This document shows positions 20,886-29,575 of a stretch of 44,134 nt of DNA, one piece after another. The notes beneath the pieces are model-generated. The model worked only from the letters and a program-made list of their open reading frames with translations. It searched no databases and had not been told where the DNA came from. The stretch covers positions 1-44,134 of the forward strand of contig URLP01000001.1 of the NCBI GenBank assembly GCA_900548635.1, given 5' to 3'. This DNA is from an uncultured Megasphaera sp. GTDB taxonomy: Bacteria > Bacillota > Negativicutes > Veillonellales > Megasphaeraceae. Within the stretch, counting starts at the first letter, position 1; each line of letters opens with the position of its first letter. Both the position numbers and the translations under genes were made by a program.

Positions 20886-21830
20886 GTGAAAACGAAAGTA
20901 TTCATTGATGGTCATGAAGGGACGACGGGCCTTCGGATCCATGAACGGCTCAGTAACCGCCAGGATATCGAATTGGTTCCCATTGCCGATGACGTCCGCA
21001 AGGATCCCGATGCCATCCGGGCCTGCATGAAGCAGGCGGACATCGCTTTCCTTTGTCTCCCTGACGGTGCCGCTGCTGAAGCCGTGGAACTTGCCAAAGG
21101 CTGCGGCGTCCGCCTTATCGATACATCGACGGGGCGGCGGGTGGCACCGGGCTGGACCTACGGCTTCCCGGAACTGTCGCTGCAGCAGGCAGAAGCGATT
21201 GCCAAGAGCGACCGCGTCGGCAACCCGGGCTGCCATGCGAGCGGGGCTATTTCGATTTTACAGCCCCTGACGGAAGCGGGCATCGTCCCGGCCGATTATC
21301 CCGTCACGGCTTTTTCCCTTACAGGCTACAGCGGCGGCGGCAAGAAGATGATTGCCCAGTACGAAGGCGAAAAGAGCGAAGACCTCTTCGCACCGCGCCA
21401 GTACGGTCTGGTCCAGCAGCACAAACACTTGCCGGAAATCGTCACGATTTGCCATTTGACACAGGAACCGGTTTTTACGCCCATTGTCGATGATTATTAC
21501 AGCGGTATGGAAGTCATGATTCCTTTCTTCAGCCACTTGCTGGCGAAAAAGGTGACGGCCCACGACGTCTGGCAGGTCTTGGCCAGCCATTACGACGGCT
21601 GCCCCTTTATCCATGTCCTGCCCTTCGGTGAAGACAAGGGCGGCTTCATCGCAGCCAATGAGATGAGCGGCTACGACGACATGGAAATCGTCGTCACCGG
21701 CAATGACGAACGTATCATGGTCACGTCCCTCTTCGACAACCTCGGCAAAGGCGCTTCCGGTGCAGCTATACAGAATATGAACCTTATGATGGGCATTGAT
21801 CCCACGACAGGGCTTAATTTAAAGTATTAG
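20886..21830 (+). CDS. argC: N-acetyl-gamma-glutamyl-phosphate reductase (type 2 ArgC)
   Basis: VFIDGHEGTTGL, YGFPEL, NPGCH, TGYSGGGK, DNLGKGASGAAIQNMN. Confidence 0.96.
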   Translation: MKTKVFIDGHEGTTGLRIHERLSNRQDIELVPIADDVRKDPDAIRACMKQADIAFLCLPDGAAAEAVELAKGCGVRLIDTSTGRRVAPGWTYGFPELSLQQAEAIAKSDRVGNPGCHASGAISILQPLTEAGIVPADYPVTAFSLTGYSGGGKKMIAQYEGEKSEDLFAPRQYGLVQQHKHLPEIVTICHLTQEPVFTPIVDDYYSGMEVMIPFFSHLLAKKVTAHDVWQVLASHYDGCPFIHVLPFGEDKGGFIAANEMSGYDDMEIVVTGNDERIMVTSLFDNLGKGASGAAIQNMNLMMGIDPTTGLNLKY

Positions 21831-21857
21831 ATGAATAAGGTGAAAGGTGGAGTCAGT

Positions 21858-22583
21858 ATGAGTCAGGTTTATGATAGCCTCAGCGTACCGCAAGGATTTC
21901 AGGCTGCCGGTACGTATAGTGGATTATGTAGCAGCCGTGTAAAATTGGATGTCGCTATGATCGTAAGCCGACGGGACTGCTCCATCGTTACCGCTACGAG
22001 TCAGGGCCTGATGACTCAGGAAGGTAAGGTGCTGCTCCTGCACAACGGTATGGCCCTGCCCGATGGGCCCAGGGGCCATGAGATTTCTCAGGAAGTCTGC
22101 CAGGCTGCGGGGAAATGCATGGATGAAGCGCCCGAAGATATCGCCTTAGTTGCCAGCGGGGCCAAGGGCCAGTATTTCCGCCCGTCCCTGCTCATCCACA
22201 GTCTCAAGACGCTGACAGCTGGGTTAGGGAATGACAGTCAGCCGCTGGAAGCAGTTCTGGATAACTCCGGTGATGTCACAGCTTATCAGGTAGCCTTATC
22301 CAGTGGTACGCCGGGCTGTTCCTTGAGCGGTATCGCCGCCGACGGTACGGCTGACAGCGACGGCTTATGTGTTATCATGACCGATGCCCAGGCCGATAGT
22401 GCTGTCATCGAAGGAGCTCTGGTTCAGGCCAAGGCAGCTATCGATACGGAGAACTTTACGTTCATCGTCATGGCCAATGGCATGGCCGGCAGCAGCCCGT
22501 GCAGCCAGGAGGCTCTGGCCGATGGGTTAGCACAGTTATTAAAAAAATTAGGCTTTCAAAATTCTTTGAAAGCTTGCAGCTAA
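21858..22583 (+). CDS. Shortened, degenerate ArgJ (ornithine acetyltransferase)-like protein
   Basis: VPQGFQAAGTYSGL...DVAMIVS, IMTDA and VMANGMAG match the ArgJ layout; catalytic motifs absent; between argC and argB. Confidence 0.7.
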   Translation: MSQVYDSLSVPQGFQAAGTYSGLCSSRVKLDVAMIVSRRDCSIVTATSQGLMTQEGKVLLLHNGMALPDGPRGHEISQEVCQAAGKCMDEAPEDIALVASGAKGQYFRPSLLIHSLKTLTAGLGNDSQPLEAVLDNSGDVTAYQVALSSGTPGCSLSGIAADGTADSDGLCVIMTDAQADSAVIEGALVQAKAAIDTENFTFIVMANGMAGSSPCSQEALADGLAQLLKKLGFQNSLKACS

Positions 22584-22601
22584 ATGGGGGAAGTTATTAC
22601 C

Positions 22602-23510
22602 ATGTTTAAGAGAATTGAACTCGTCTCGGAAGATGTCAAATCCGTCACCAATGCCCAAAAGGCACAGATTTTGATGAACGCTCTGCCGTACATCAAGAAA
22701 TATAGCGGCAAAATCGTCGTCGTCAAGTACGGCGGCAATGCCATGATTAACGAAGAGTTAAGGAAATCGGTCATGGGCGATATCGTCCTTTTGAACCTCA
22801 TCGGCGTCAAAGTCGTCTTGGTCCACGGCGGTGGTCCGCATATCAAGGAAACGCTGAACCGCTTGGGCATGGAATCGAAGTTCCTCAACGGCTTGCGCGT
22901 GACTGATGCGGAAACGATGAAAGTCGTCCAGATGGTCTTGGCCGGCCAGGTCAACAAGGATTTGGTCAACCTTATCGGGACGATTGGCGGCAAGGCTATC
23001 GGTCTCTGCGGCTTGGACGACCAGATGATCAAAGTACAGAAGCAGAGCGATGAACTGGGCTATGTTGGCCGCATTACAGACGTCGATGTTTCTATCATCA
23101 AAGATAACTTGGATAAAGGGTATATCCCGGTCATTTCGACTATCGGTACCGATACCAATGGCCAGGCATACAACATCAACGCCGATACGGCAGCGGCTAA
23201 GATTGCTGGCGCTCTCAATGCAGAATGTATGTTGTCCATGACTAATATCGACGGCGTCCTTAAGGATAAGGACGATCCCGATTCGCTGCTCACGGAAATC
23301 ACCCTTGAACAGGCACGGCAGCTGGAAAAAGACGGCATCATCGCCGGCGGCATGATTCCTAAGGTCCAGTGCTGCACCGATGCCATCAAGGCTGGCGTCA
23401 AGCGCGTGTTCATCATCAACGGCACGGTTCCCCATGCCATCCTCATCGAAATGCTCACGGAAGAAGGCCTGGGCACGATGTTCGTAGGACATTACTCTAT
23501 CGGTAAATAA
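22602..23510 (+). CDS. argB: Acetylglutamate kinase
   Basis: VVKYGGNAM, VHGGGP, GLRVTD, YNINAD, GGMIPKV; alternative start 22584. Confidence 0.97.
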   Translation: MFKRIELVSEDVKSVTNAQKAQILMNALPYIKKYSGKIVVVKYGGNAMINEELRKSVMGDIVLLNLIGVKVVLVHGGGPHIKETLNRLGMESKFLNGLRVTDAETMKVVQMVLAGQVNKDLVNLIGTIGGKAIGLCGLDDQMIKVQKQSDELGYVGRITDVDVSIIKDNLDKGYIPVISTIGTDTNGQAYNINADTAAAKIAGALNAECMLSMTNIDGVLKDKDDPDSLLTEITLEQARQLEKDGIIAGGMIPKVQCCTDAIKAGVKRVFIINGTVPHAILIEMLTEEGLGTMFVGHYSIGK

Positions 23511-23529
23511 AGAAAGAAGGAATCCCCTA

Positions 23530-24702
23530 ATGGCAGAAGATTATAAAACCCTTGATAAAGAATATATCGTCAATGTATACAACCGGGTCGGGGCTGTATT
23601 GGATCACGGCAAAGGCGCGATTTTATATGACGTCGATGGCAAGAAATACATCGATCTCAGCGCCGGTATTGCTGTCAACATTTTTGGTGTCTGTGATGAC
23701 GTGTGGATTCATGCCGTCGAAACGCAGCTCCATAAATTGAGCCATATTTCCAACGTCTTCTTTACAGAACCTCAGACCGTCTTGGCCGAAAAACTCTGTC
23801 AGAAGACAGGCATGAAGAAGGTGTTCTTCTCCAACTCCGGTGCCGAAGCCAACGAATGTGCCATCAAAACGGCTCGGAAATATTCCCACGACAAATACGG
23901 TGACGGCCGTTATACGATCGTTACTTTGAAGAACAGCTTCCACGGACGGACCATTGCGACCTTGACGGCTTGCGGCCAGGATTCGCTCCATGAAGATTTC
24001 GGACCCTTCGTCGACGGTTTCGTTTATGCTGAACCCGATAATTTTGACGATATGAAGCGGCTTTGCGAAGAAAATAGCGTCTGCGCTATCATGATGGAAA
24101 TGGTCCAGGGCGAAGGCGGCGTCCATCCTCTTGATAAGGAATACGTCCAGAAAGTAGAAGCATATGCTCACGCTCACGATATCCTGATCATCGTCGACGA
24201 AGTCCAGACTGGCAACGGCCGGACGGGCTACCTCTATTCCTACATGGGCTATGGCATCCATCCCGATATCGTTTCCACGGCGAAAGCCATCGGCGGCGGC
24301 CTGCCCCTCGGTGCGACCATGTTTGCAGCATCGACGCAGCACACCCTGACCAACCACACCCACGGTTCGACCTTTGGTGGCAACCCGATCTGCACGGCCG
24401 GCGGCATTTCCATCATCGACCGCCTCGACGACGACCTTATGGCAGAAGTTCGGGAAAAAGGGAAATACATCAAAGAAGAACTGGAAAAATGTGAACACGT
24501 CGACCACGTATCGGGCATGGGCCTCATGATTGGCGTCGCCCTCAAAGATAAAGCCCTCATGGATGTCGTAGAAGGCTGCGTCGACCATGGCGTCCTGGTC
24601 CTCACGGCCAATGGCCTCCTGCGCCTCCTGCCGCCTCTCAACATCCCTTGGGATGAACTGAAAGAAGCCATCGAAATCGTCAAGAAAGTCATTGATAAGT
24701 AA
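23530..24702 (+). CDS. argD: Acetylornithine aminotransferase
   Basis: FSNSGAEANE, SFHGRT, VQGEGG, DEVQTG.GRTG, AKAIGGG, HGSTFGGNP. Confidence 0.95.
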   Translation: MAEDYKTLDKEYIVNVYNRVGAVLDHGKGAILYDVDGKKYIDLSAGIAVNIFGVCDDVWIHAVETQLHKLSHISNVFFTEPQTVLAEKLCQKTGMKKVFFSNSGAEANECAIKTARKYSHDKYGDGRYTIVTLKNSFHGRTIATLTACGQDSLHEDFGPFVDGFVYAEPDNFDDMKRLCEENSVCAIMMEMVQGEGGVHPLDKEYVQKVEAYAHAHDILIIVDEVQTGNGRTGYLYSYMGYGIHPDIVSTAKAIGGGLPLGATMFAASTQHTLTNHTHGSTFGGNPICTAGGISIIDRLDDDLMAEVREKGKYIKEELEKCEHVDHVSGMGLMIGVALKDKALMDVVEGCVDHGVLVLTANGLLRLLPPLNIPWDELKEAIEIVKKVIDK

Positions 24703-24768
24703 GAGGTTATAGTTTGTAATTTGTAGTAAAAACGGCTCGCCGCTTGATGCGGCGGGCCGTTTTTTAAT

Positions 24769-25053
24769 CTCGGACTCAGATGCTGCGTACCGCAGCGACA
24801 GACTCAGACTGATAATGCGTCCTCGGATGACCCCTGCGGCGCATAGCGGGCGCCCCGCGTGGGCGCCCCTACATTGCAAACGGAATTCCCACAAAAAAAT
24901 ATTTTTCATGACGAATGGGAATATCCTCAAACGGTGTAGGGGTCGCCACGTGGGCGACCCGCGCGAAGCCTGTGGATAGCCGGAATTTATGACAGATTGT
25001 GTGTGTGTAATATAATTTGAGTTTGCCGCGGCGAAGCCGCATTTGAGTCCGAG
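24769..25053. repeat. Symmetric composite REP element upstream of the RAYT
   Basis: Class-A forward 24769; GTAG-REP reverse 24846-24872; GTAG-REP forward 24936-24962; class-A reverse 25018-25053. Confidence 0.88.
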
Positions 25054-25112
25054 CAGATATTTTTTGGGAAAACATCGTCACCGAATCTGTTCAGTTTAGC
25101 AACAATAGTTCA

Positions 25113-25232
25113 GGCGGGCGCCCCGCGTGAATTGTGTGCATAGCCGGAATTTATGACAAATGGTGTACGGCCGTAATACAATCCAGAATTTCAGGATGCG
25201 CAGCATCCATCTGAGTACAAGCAGATTATTTT
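25113..25232. repeat. Partial direct duplication of the right arm of the composite element
   Basis: ATAGCCGGAATTTATGACA core followed by a degenerate reverse class-A hairpin GGATGC-GCA-GCATCC ATCTGAGT. Confidence 0.7.
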
Positions 25233-25289
25233 CATTTTATTCTCATTTTCCTCTGGTAACATGAAAGAAAAACAGCAAGGAGTGATTTT

Positions 25290-25742
25290 ATGTTATCGAA
25301 ACGGAAAAATATCCGGCTGCCTCATTATGATTACAGTCAAAACGGCATGTATTTCGTTACTATCTGTACGAAAGGGAAGCGGCACTTATTCGGGGATATT
25401 TGCAATTCGAAAATGCAGCTCAATTTGTTGGGAAAATTGATTCAGGCCCAGCTGTTGGCGATTCCCAATCAATACATCGATACCAAGATGATTTACTCAA
25501 TCATTATGCCCAATCACGTTCATTTTATCGTCAGCATCGAAACGGGCAATCATGCCGTCCGACTGGGGCGCATCGTCAATAAATTTAAAGGCTTGTCAAC
25601 GCGTAAAGCCGGCATTCCGCTTTGGCAGCGGGGGTATTTTGAACACGTCGTCCGTACGGAAGCGGAATTATTGGCAATTATGAAATACATTGAAAATAAC
25701 CCTGCACGCTGGGAATTACGGCAGCAAAATTTTCATATCTAG
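25290..25742 (+). mobile_element. REP-associated tyrosine transposase (RAYT/TnpA-REP, HUH Y1 family)
   Basis: RKNIRLPHYDYS..G.YFVTICT, MPNHVH (HUH), LWQRGYFEHVVR, YIENNP (catalytic Tyr); REP-like repeats on both sides; AGGAG RBS. Confidence 0.92.
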
Positions 25743-25874
25743 CATGGTCACCTCAAAAATGGCGAAAATTGCTATCTCATTATTGTGAAACCTCAAAAAA
25801 TGCGAAATTTGAGGTTTCACTTTTATTTTGTTATCAAAAATATTTCTGCGATACGATTCGGGCTGGCGCAGCTC

Positions 25875-25962
25875 CTCGGATTCAGATGCTGCGTGCCGCA
25901 GCGACAGACTCAGATTAACAATGCGTCCTCGGGGGCCCCTGCGGCGCATAACGGGATTCCTG
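25875..25962 (+). repeat. Class-A REP-like element downstream of the RAYT
   Basis: CTCGGATTCAGAT GCTGCG-TGC-CGCAGC GACAGACTCAGA..AATGCGTCCTCGG..CCCCTGCGGCGCATA. Confidence 0.85.
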
Positions 25963-26090
25963 TAAATTCCATTTCACATCCTCTGGAAACTATTTGTGAA
26001 ATATTTTTCTTGCTATCTGTCTTGGGATTGCGTACAATAGGGCTGTATTATAAAAATTACTGCAAAGGAAGAGGATAAGGAGAGAAAAAT

Positions 26091-28250
26091 ATGAAACATT
26101 TGAAGATAGCGTACAGCTTTGACGTACAGTATTATTTTGTAGACAGCGAACGGGAAATCGTACCCATTGAAGAGACGGATTTTACCGATGTCGCTGTCGC
26201 TGTTGTTTCTGACCAGGATTTTGCCTATATCGACAAAATCGACGCCACGGGTTTCGGCATCCCCATCATGGTCATCATGCCAGGCGGCGAGAAGATGCCG
26301 GATCAATATATTGATAAAGTCGATGTCGTCTTTACGGAAGAAATGGTCAATAAGAGCCGTTGCATTTCGACAGCCGAACGGTTGGCCAGCCGTTATGAAC
26401 ATGCTGTGCTGCCGCCGTTTTTTGCCGACCTCGTCGATTATGTCAGTGAAAAGAATACGCCTTTTGACTGTCCGGGCCACCAAGACGGCCTGTTTTTCAA
26501 GAAGCATCCGGCAGGACGCTATCTTTATGATTTTTATGGACCTCATATTTTTCAATCCGATATCTGCAATGCCGATGTAACCCTTGGTGATTTGCTCATC
26601 CATGAAGGGCCGGCCTTGGAAGCCCAGGATTTTGCAGCCCAAGTCTTCCATGCAGACAAGACTTATTTCGTCCTCAATGGGTCTTCGTCGTCCAATAAGG
26701 TCGTCACCAATGCCTTGTTGACGCCTGGCGACCTAGTCCTCTATGACCGCAACAATCACAAGTCCGTGGCCCTCGGGGCCCTCATCCAGGCCGGGGCGAC
26801 GCCCGTTTATTTGGAAACGGCCCGCAATCCCTACGGCTTCATCGGCGGCATCGACGCTCACTGTTTCGAGGAAGACTATCTGCGTAAGTTGGCAGCCGAA
26901 CGGGATCCGGAAAAAGCTAAGGCCCAACGACCTTTCCGCCTGGCTGTTATCCAGCTCGGTACTTATGACGGGACGCTGTATAATGCCCGCTACGTCGTCG
27001 ACCGTATCGGTCATCTCTGCGATTATATCCTCTTTGATTCGGCTTGGGTCGGCTATGAACAATTCATTCCCATGCTCAAGGACTGCTCGCCGCTGCTTCT
27101 CGATTTGCATGAAGATGATCCGGGTATCATGGTTGTCCAGTCGGTCCATAAGCAGCAGGCCGGCTTCTCCCAGGCGTCGCAGATCCATAAGAAGGATAAT
27201 CACATCCATAACCAGTCACGCTACTGCAACCACAAGACTTTCAACAATGCCTTCATGGCGAATGCATCGACTAGTCCTTTTTATCCCATGTTCGCAACGA
27301 TTGCCGTCAATGCCAAAATCCATGCCGGTGCGGCTGGCCGCAAGATGTGGATGGACTGTGTGAAAATGGGTATCGAAGCCCGCAAGGATATCCTGCGCCG
27401 CTGCCATTATATTCGGCCTTTCGTAGCGCCGACAGTATACGGCAAGCCCTGGCAGGATGGCCATACCGATGACATGGCTAATGACCTGGCTTATTTCACC
27501 TTTGAACCGGATGCTAAGTGGCATGCTTTCGAAGGCTACGGTCCGGGCCAATATCTCGTCGACCCGTGCAAGCTCCTCTTGACGACACCAGGCATCAACG
27601 CCGAATCGGGACAGTACGAGGATTTCGGCATCCATGCCAATATCTTGGCGACGTATCTGCGCGGCAACGGCGTCATTCCGGAAAAATGCGATTTAAACTC
27701 GATTCTCTTCCTACTGACACCGGCTGAAAATAAGAATAAGATGCGCCTTCTCGTGTCCCAGCTGGTTCGATTTGAACGCTTCGTCGATCACGATGTACCC
27801 ATGCAGGAAGTCCTTCTCGGCGTCTACAACTCGCATCCGGACCGCTATGCAGGCTATACAATCTGCCAGCTTTGCCAGGAAATGCACGATTTCTATAAGG
27901 CACGGAACGTCAAGGACCTGCAGAAGAAACTTTTCCGCCGCCAATACTTCCCGGAATACGCCATGAATGCTCAAGATGCGCAATATGCTTTCATCCGCGG
28001 TCAGGGAGAACTGGTACCTCTCGATGAAATCGAAGGCCGCATTGCCCTGGAAGGGGCGCTGCCCTATCCGCCAGGCGTCCTCTGCGTTGTCCCGGGTGAA
28101 CGCTGGTCCCATACAGCCGTCCAGTATTTCAAGGCCCTTGAAGATGGACTCAATGAACTGCCGGGCTTCGCTTCGGAAATCCAGGGCGTCTACCTGGAAA
28201 AAGAAGACGACGGCCGCATCCACGCTTATGGGTATGTGCTGAAGGAATAG
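26091..28250 (+). CDS. Ornithine decarboxylase (fold-type I, SpeC/SpeF family)
   Basis: CPGHQ, DICNADV.LGDLLIHEG, DRNNHKS, FDSAWVGY, QSVHKQQAGFSQ PLP-Lys, LPYPPG. Confidence 0.93.
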   Translation: MKHLKIAYSFDVQYYFVDSEREIVPIEETDFTDVAVAVVSDQDFAYIDKIDATGFGIPIMVIMPGGEKMPDQYIDKVDVVFTEEMVNKSRCISTAERLASRYEHAVLPPFFADLVDYVSEKNTPFDCPGHQDGLFFKKHPAGRYLYDFYGPHIFQSDICNADVTLGDLLIHEGPALEAQDFAAQVFHADKTYFVLNGSSSSNKVVTNALLTPGDLVLYDRNNHKSVALGALIQAGATPVYLETARNPYGFIGGIDAHCFEEDYLRKLAAERDPEKAKAQRPFRLAVIQLGTYDGTLYNARYVVDRIGHLCDYILFDSAWVGYEQFIPMLKDCSPLLLDLHEDDPGIMVVQSVHKQQAGFSQASQIHKKDNHIHNQSRYCNHKTFNNAFMANASTSPFYPMFATIAVNAKIHAGAAGRKMWMDCVKMGIEARKDILRRCHYIRPFVAPTVYGKPWQDGHTDDMANDLAYFTFEPDAKWHAFEGYGPGQYLVDPCKLLLTTPGINAESGQYEDFGIHANILATYLRGNGVIPEKCDLNSILFLLTPAENKNKMRLLVSQLVRFERFVDHDVPMQEVLLGVYNSHPDRYAGYTICQLCQEMHDFYKARNVKDLQKKLFRRQYFPEYAMNAQDAQYAFIRGQGELVPLDEIEGRIALEGALPYPPGVLCVVPGERWSHTAVQYFKALEDGLNELPGFASEIQGVYLEKEDDGRIHAYGYVLKE

Positions 28251-28279
28251 TGCGGTACGAAATCTCGTCAAATGCGTAA

Positions 28280-28424
28280 CGGGCTCGCCACGTGCGAGCC
28301 CCTATATCGAATACGGGATTCCTGCAAATACTTTTTTATGTCAAATGGGAATTGTCCCCAAACAGCGTAGGGGTCGCCATGTGGGCGACCCGCGTGAATT
28401 TTGTGTATAGCCGGAATTTATGAC
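28280..28424. repeat. Inverted GTAG-REP pair (REPIN-like core)
   Basis: CGGGCTCGC-CACGT-GCGAGCCCCTAT 28280-28305 and GTAGGGGTCGCC-ATGT-GGGCGACCCGCG at 28367; spacer and tail resemble 24872-24995. Confidence 0.85.
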
Positions 28425-28472
28425 AAAAGGGATTGTACATGATGACGTTTGCCATCATGTACAATCCCTTTT
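28425..28472. terminator. Bidirectional terminator between the decarboxylase gene and metF
   Basis: AAAAGGGATTGTACATGATG-loop-CATCATGTACAATCCCTTTT. Confidence 0.8.
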
Positions 28473-28522
28473 CGTGTGTTTTTTACGATGAACGACGAAC
28501 GGCCTACGATAAACGATGCCCT

Positions 28523-29377
28523 CTACAACAATGTTTTTACGGCTTCGGCGATTTTTTTGGCGATATACGGGTTATTCATGGTGTAGACGTGGATGCCGTC
28601 TACGCCGTTAGCCAGGAGATCGGCAATCTGGTCGACGGCGTAGGCGATGCCGATATCGCGCATGGATTCGGGAGTGTCACCGTATTTGGCAATGGCCCGC
28701 TGGAATTTGATGGGAAGCGTGGCGCCGCACATGGTGACCATGCGTTCGATTTGAGCTTTGTTAGTGACGGGCATGATGCCGGCTTCGATGGGAACATTGA
28801 TACCGGCGATTTCACAACGTTCGAGGAAGCGGTAGAAAAGGGCGTTGTCAAAGAAGAGCTGGGAAATGAGTTCGCTAGCGCCGGCGTCGACTTTGGTCTT
28901 TAAGTTGCGGATGTCGGCGGCCAGGGTCTTTGCTTCCGTGTGGCCTTCGGGGTAGCAGGCGCCGATGACGTTGAATTCCGGCGCCTGTTCTTTGATGAAG
29001 GCCACGAGGTCGCTGGCGTGTTCGAAGTCGTGCGCCCGTTCGCGGCCCGGGACTTCATCGCCACGCAGGGCCAGGATGTTTTCGATGCCTGCTTCTTTCA
29101 GTTCTTTCAGGTCCTGCAGGGCTGCTTCTTTCGTCAGGTAGATGCAGGGCATGTGAGCGGCTGTTTCGCAGCCCAGGGCTTTGATGCGGCTGGCGACTTC
29201 GACCGTGCGGTTGCCGCCGGTACCGCCGGCGCCGCAGGTGACGCTGATGAAGTCCGGATGGAGTTTGCTCAGTTCTTCCAGCGTCGGATAGACCGTTTCG
29301 ATGGGAATATCCTTCTTCGGCGGAAAGACTTCAAAAGAAAAGACCGTTTTTTTGGCAAAAAGCTCGTTCGTATGCAT
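28523..29377 (-). CDS. metF: 5,10-methylenetetrahydrofolate reductase
   Basis: SFEVFPPK, FISVT.GAGG, ILALRGD, YPEGH, SQLFFDN, HVYTMN. Confidence 0.96.
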   Translation of the reverse strand: MHTNELFAKKTVFSFEVFPPKKDIPIETVYPTLEELSKLHPDFISVTCGAGGTGGNRTVEVASRIKALGCETAAHMPCIYLTKEAALQDLKELKEAGIENILALRGDEVPGRERAHDFEHASDLVAFIKEQAPEFNVIGACYPEGHTEAKTLAADIRNLKTKVDAGASELISQLFFDNALFYRFLERCEIAGINVPIEAGIMPVTNKAQIERMVTMCGATLPIKFQRAIAKYGDTPESMRDIGIAYAVDQIADLLANGVDGIHVYTMNNPYIAKKIAEAVKTLL

Positions 29378-29432
29378 ATATTGTTTCCCCCTTGATTTTA
29401 CAGAATTCCGTGGACTGCATGATGAAAAGCAA

Positions 29433-29475
29433 CCCCTCAGTCAGCTGCGCTGACAGCTCCCCTATTAGGGGAGCC
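29433..29475. repeat. Double-hairpin intergenic repeat (CCCTCAGTCAGC..GCTGACAGCTCCCCT..AGGGGAGCC)
   Basis: Two stacked palindromes; second hairpin recurs at 7090-7109 and, degenerate, near 6040. Confidence 0.6.
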
Positions 29476-29575
29476 TTCCAGACAATAATCATTGTAAACA
29501 AAAGGACCGCCGCGAGCGCGACAGCCCTTTTCGGATACTTTCATTATATGGGATAACGAAGTCAATGTCCAGCTG

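Noticed and set aside
24769..25232. Repeat cluster as a CRISPR array
   Set aside because: Units are inverted, variable and irregularly spaced; no cas genes; better explained as REP modules
25290..25742. Transposase as an autonomous IS200/IS605 element
   Set aside because: No tnpB and no discrete IS ends; motifs and REP flanks fit a RAYT
25960..26090. SpeFL-like leader peptide before the ornithine decarboxylase
   Set aside because: No short ORF with RBS and arrest-like sequence found
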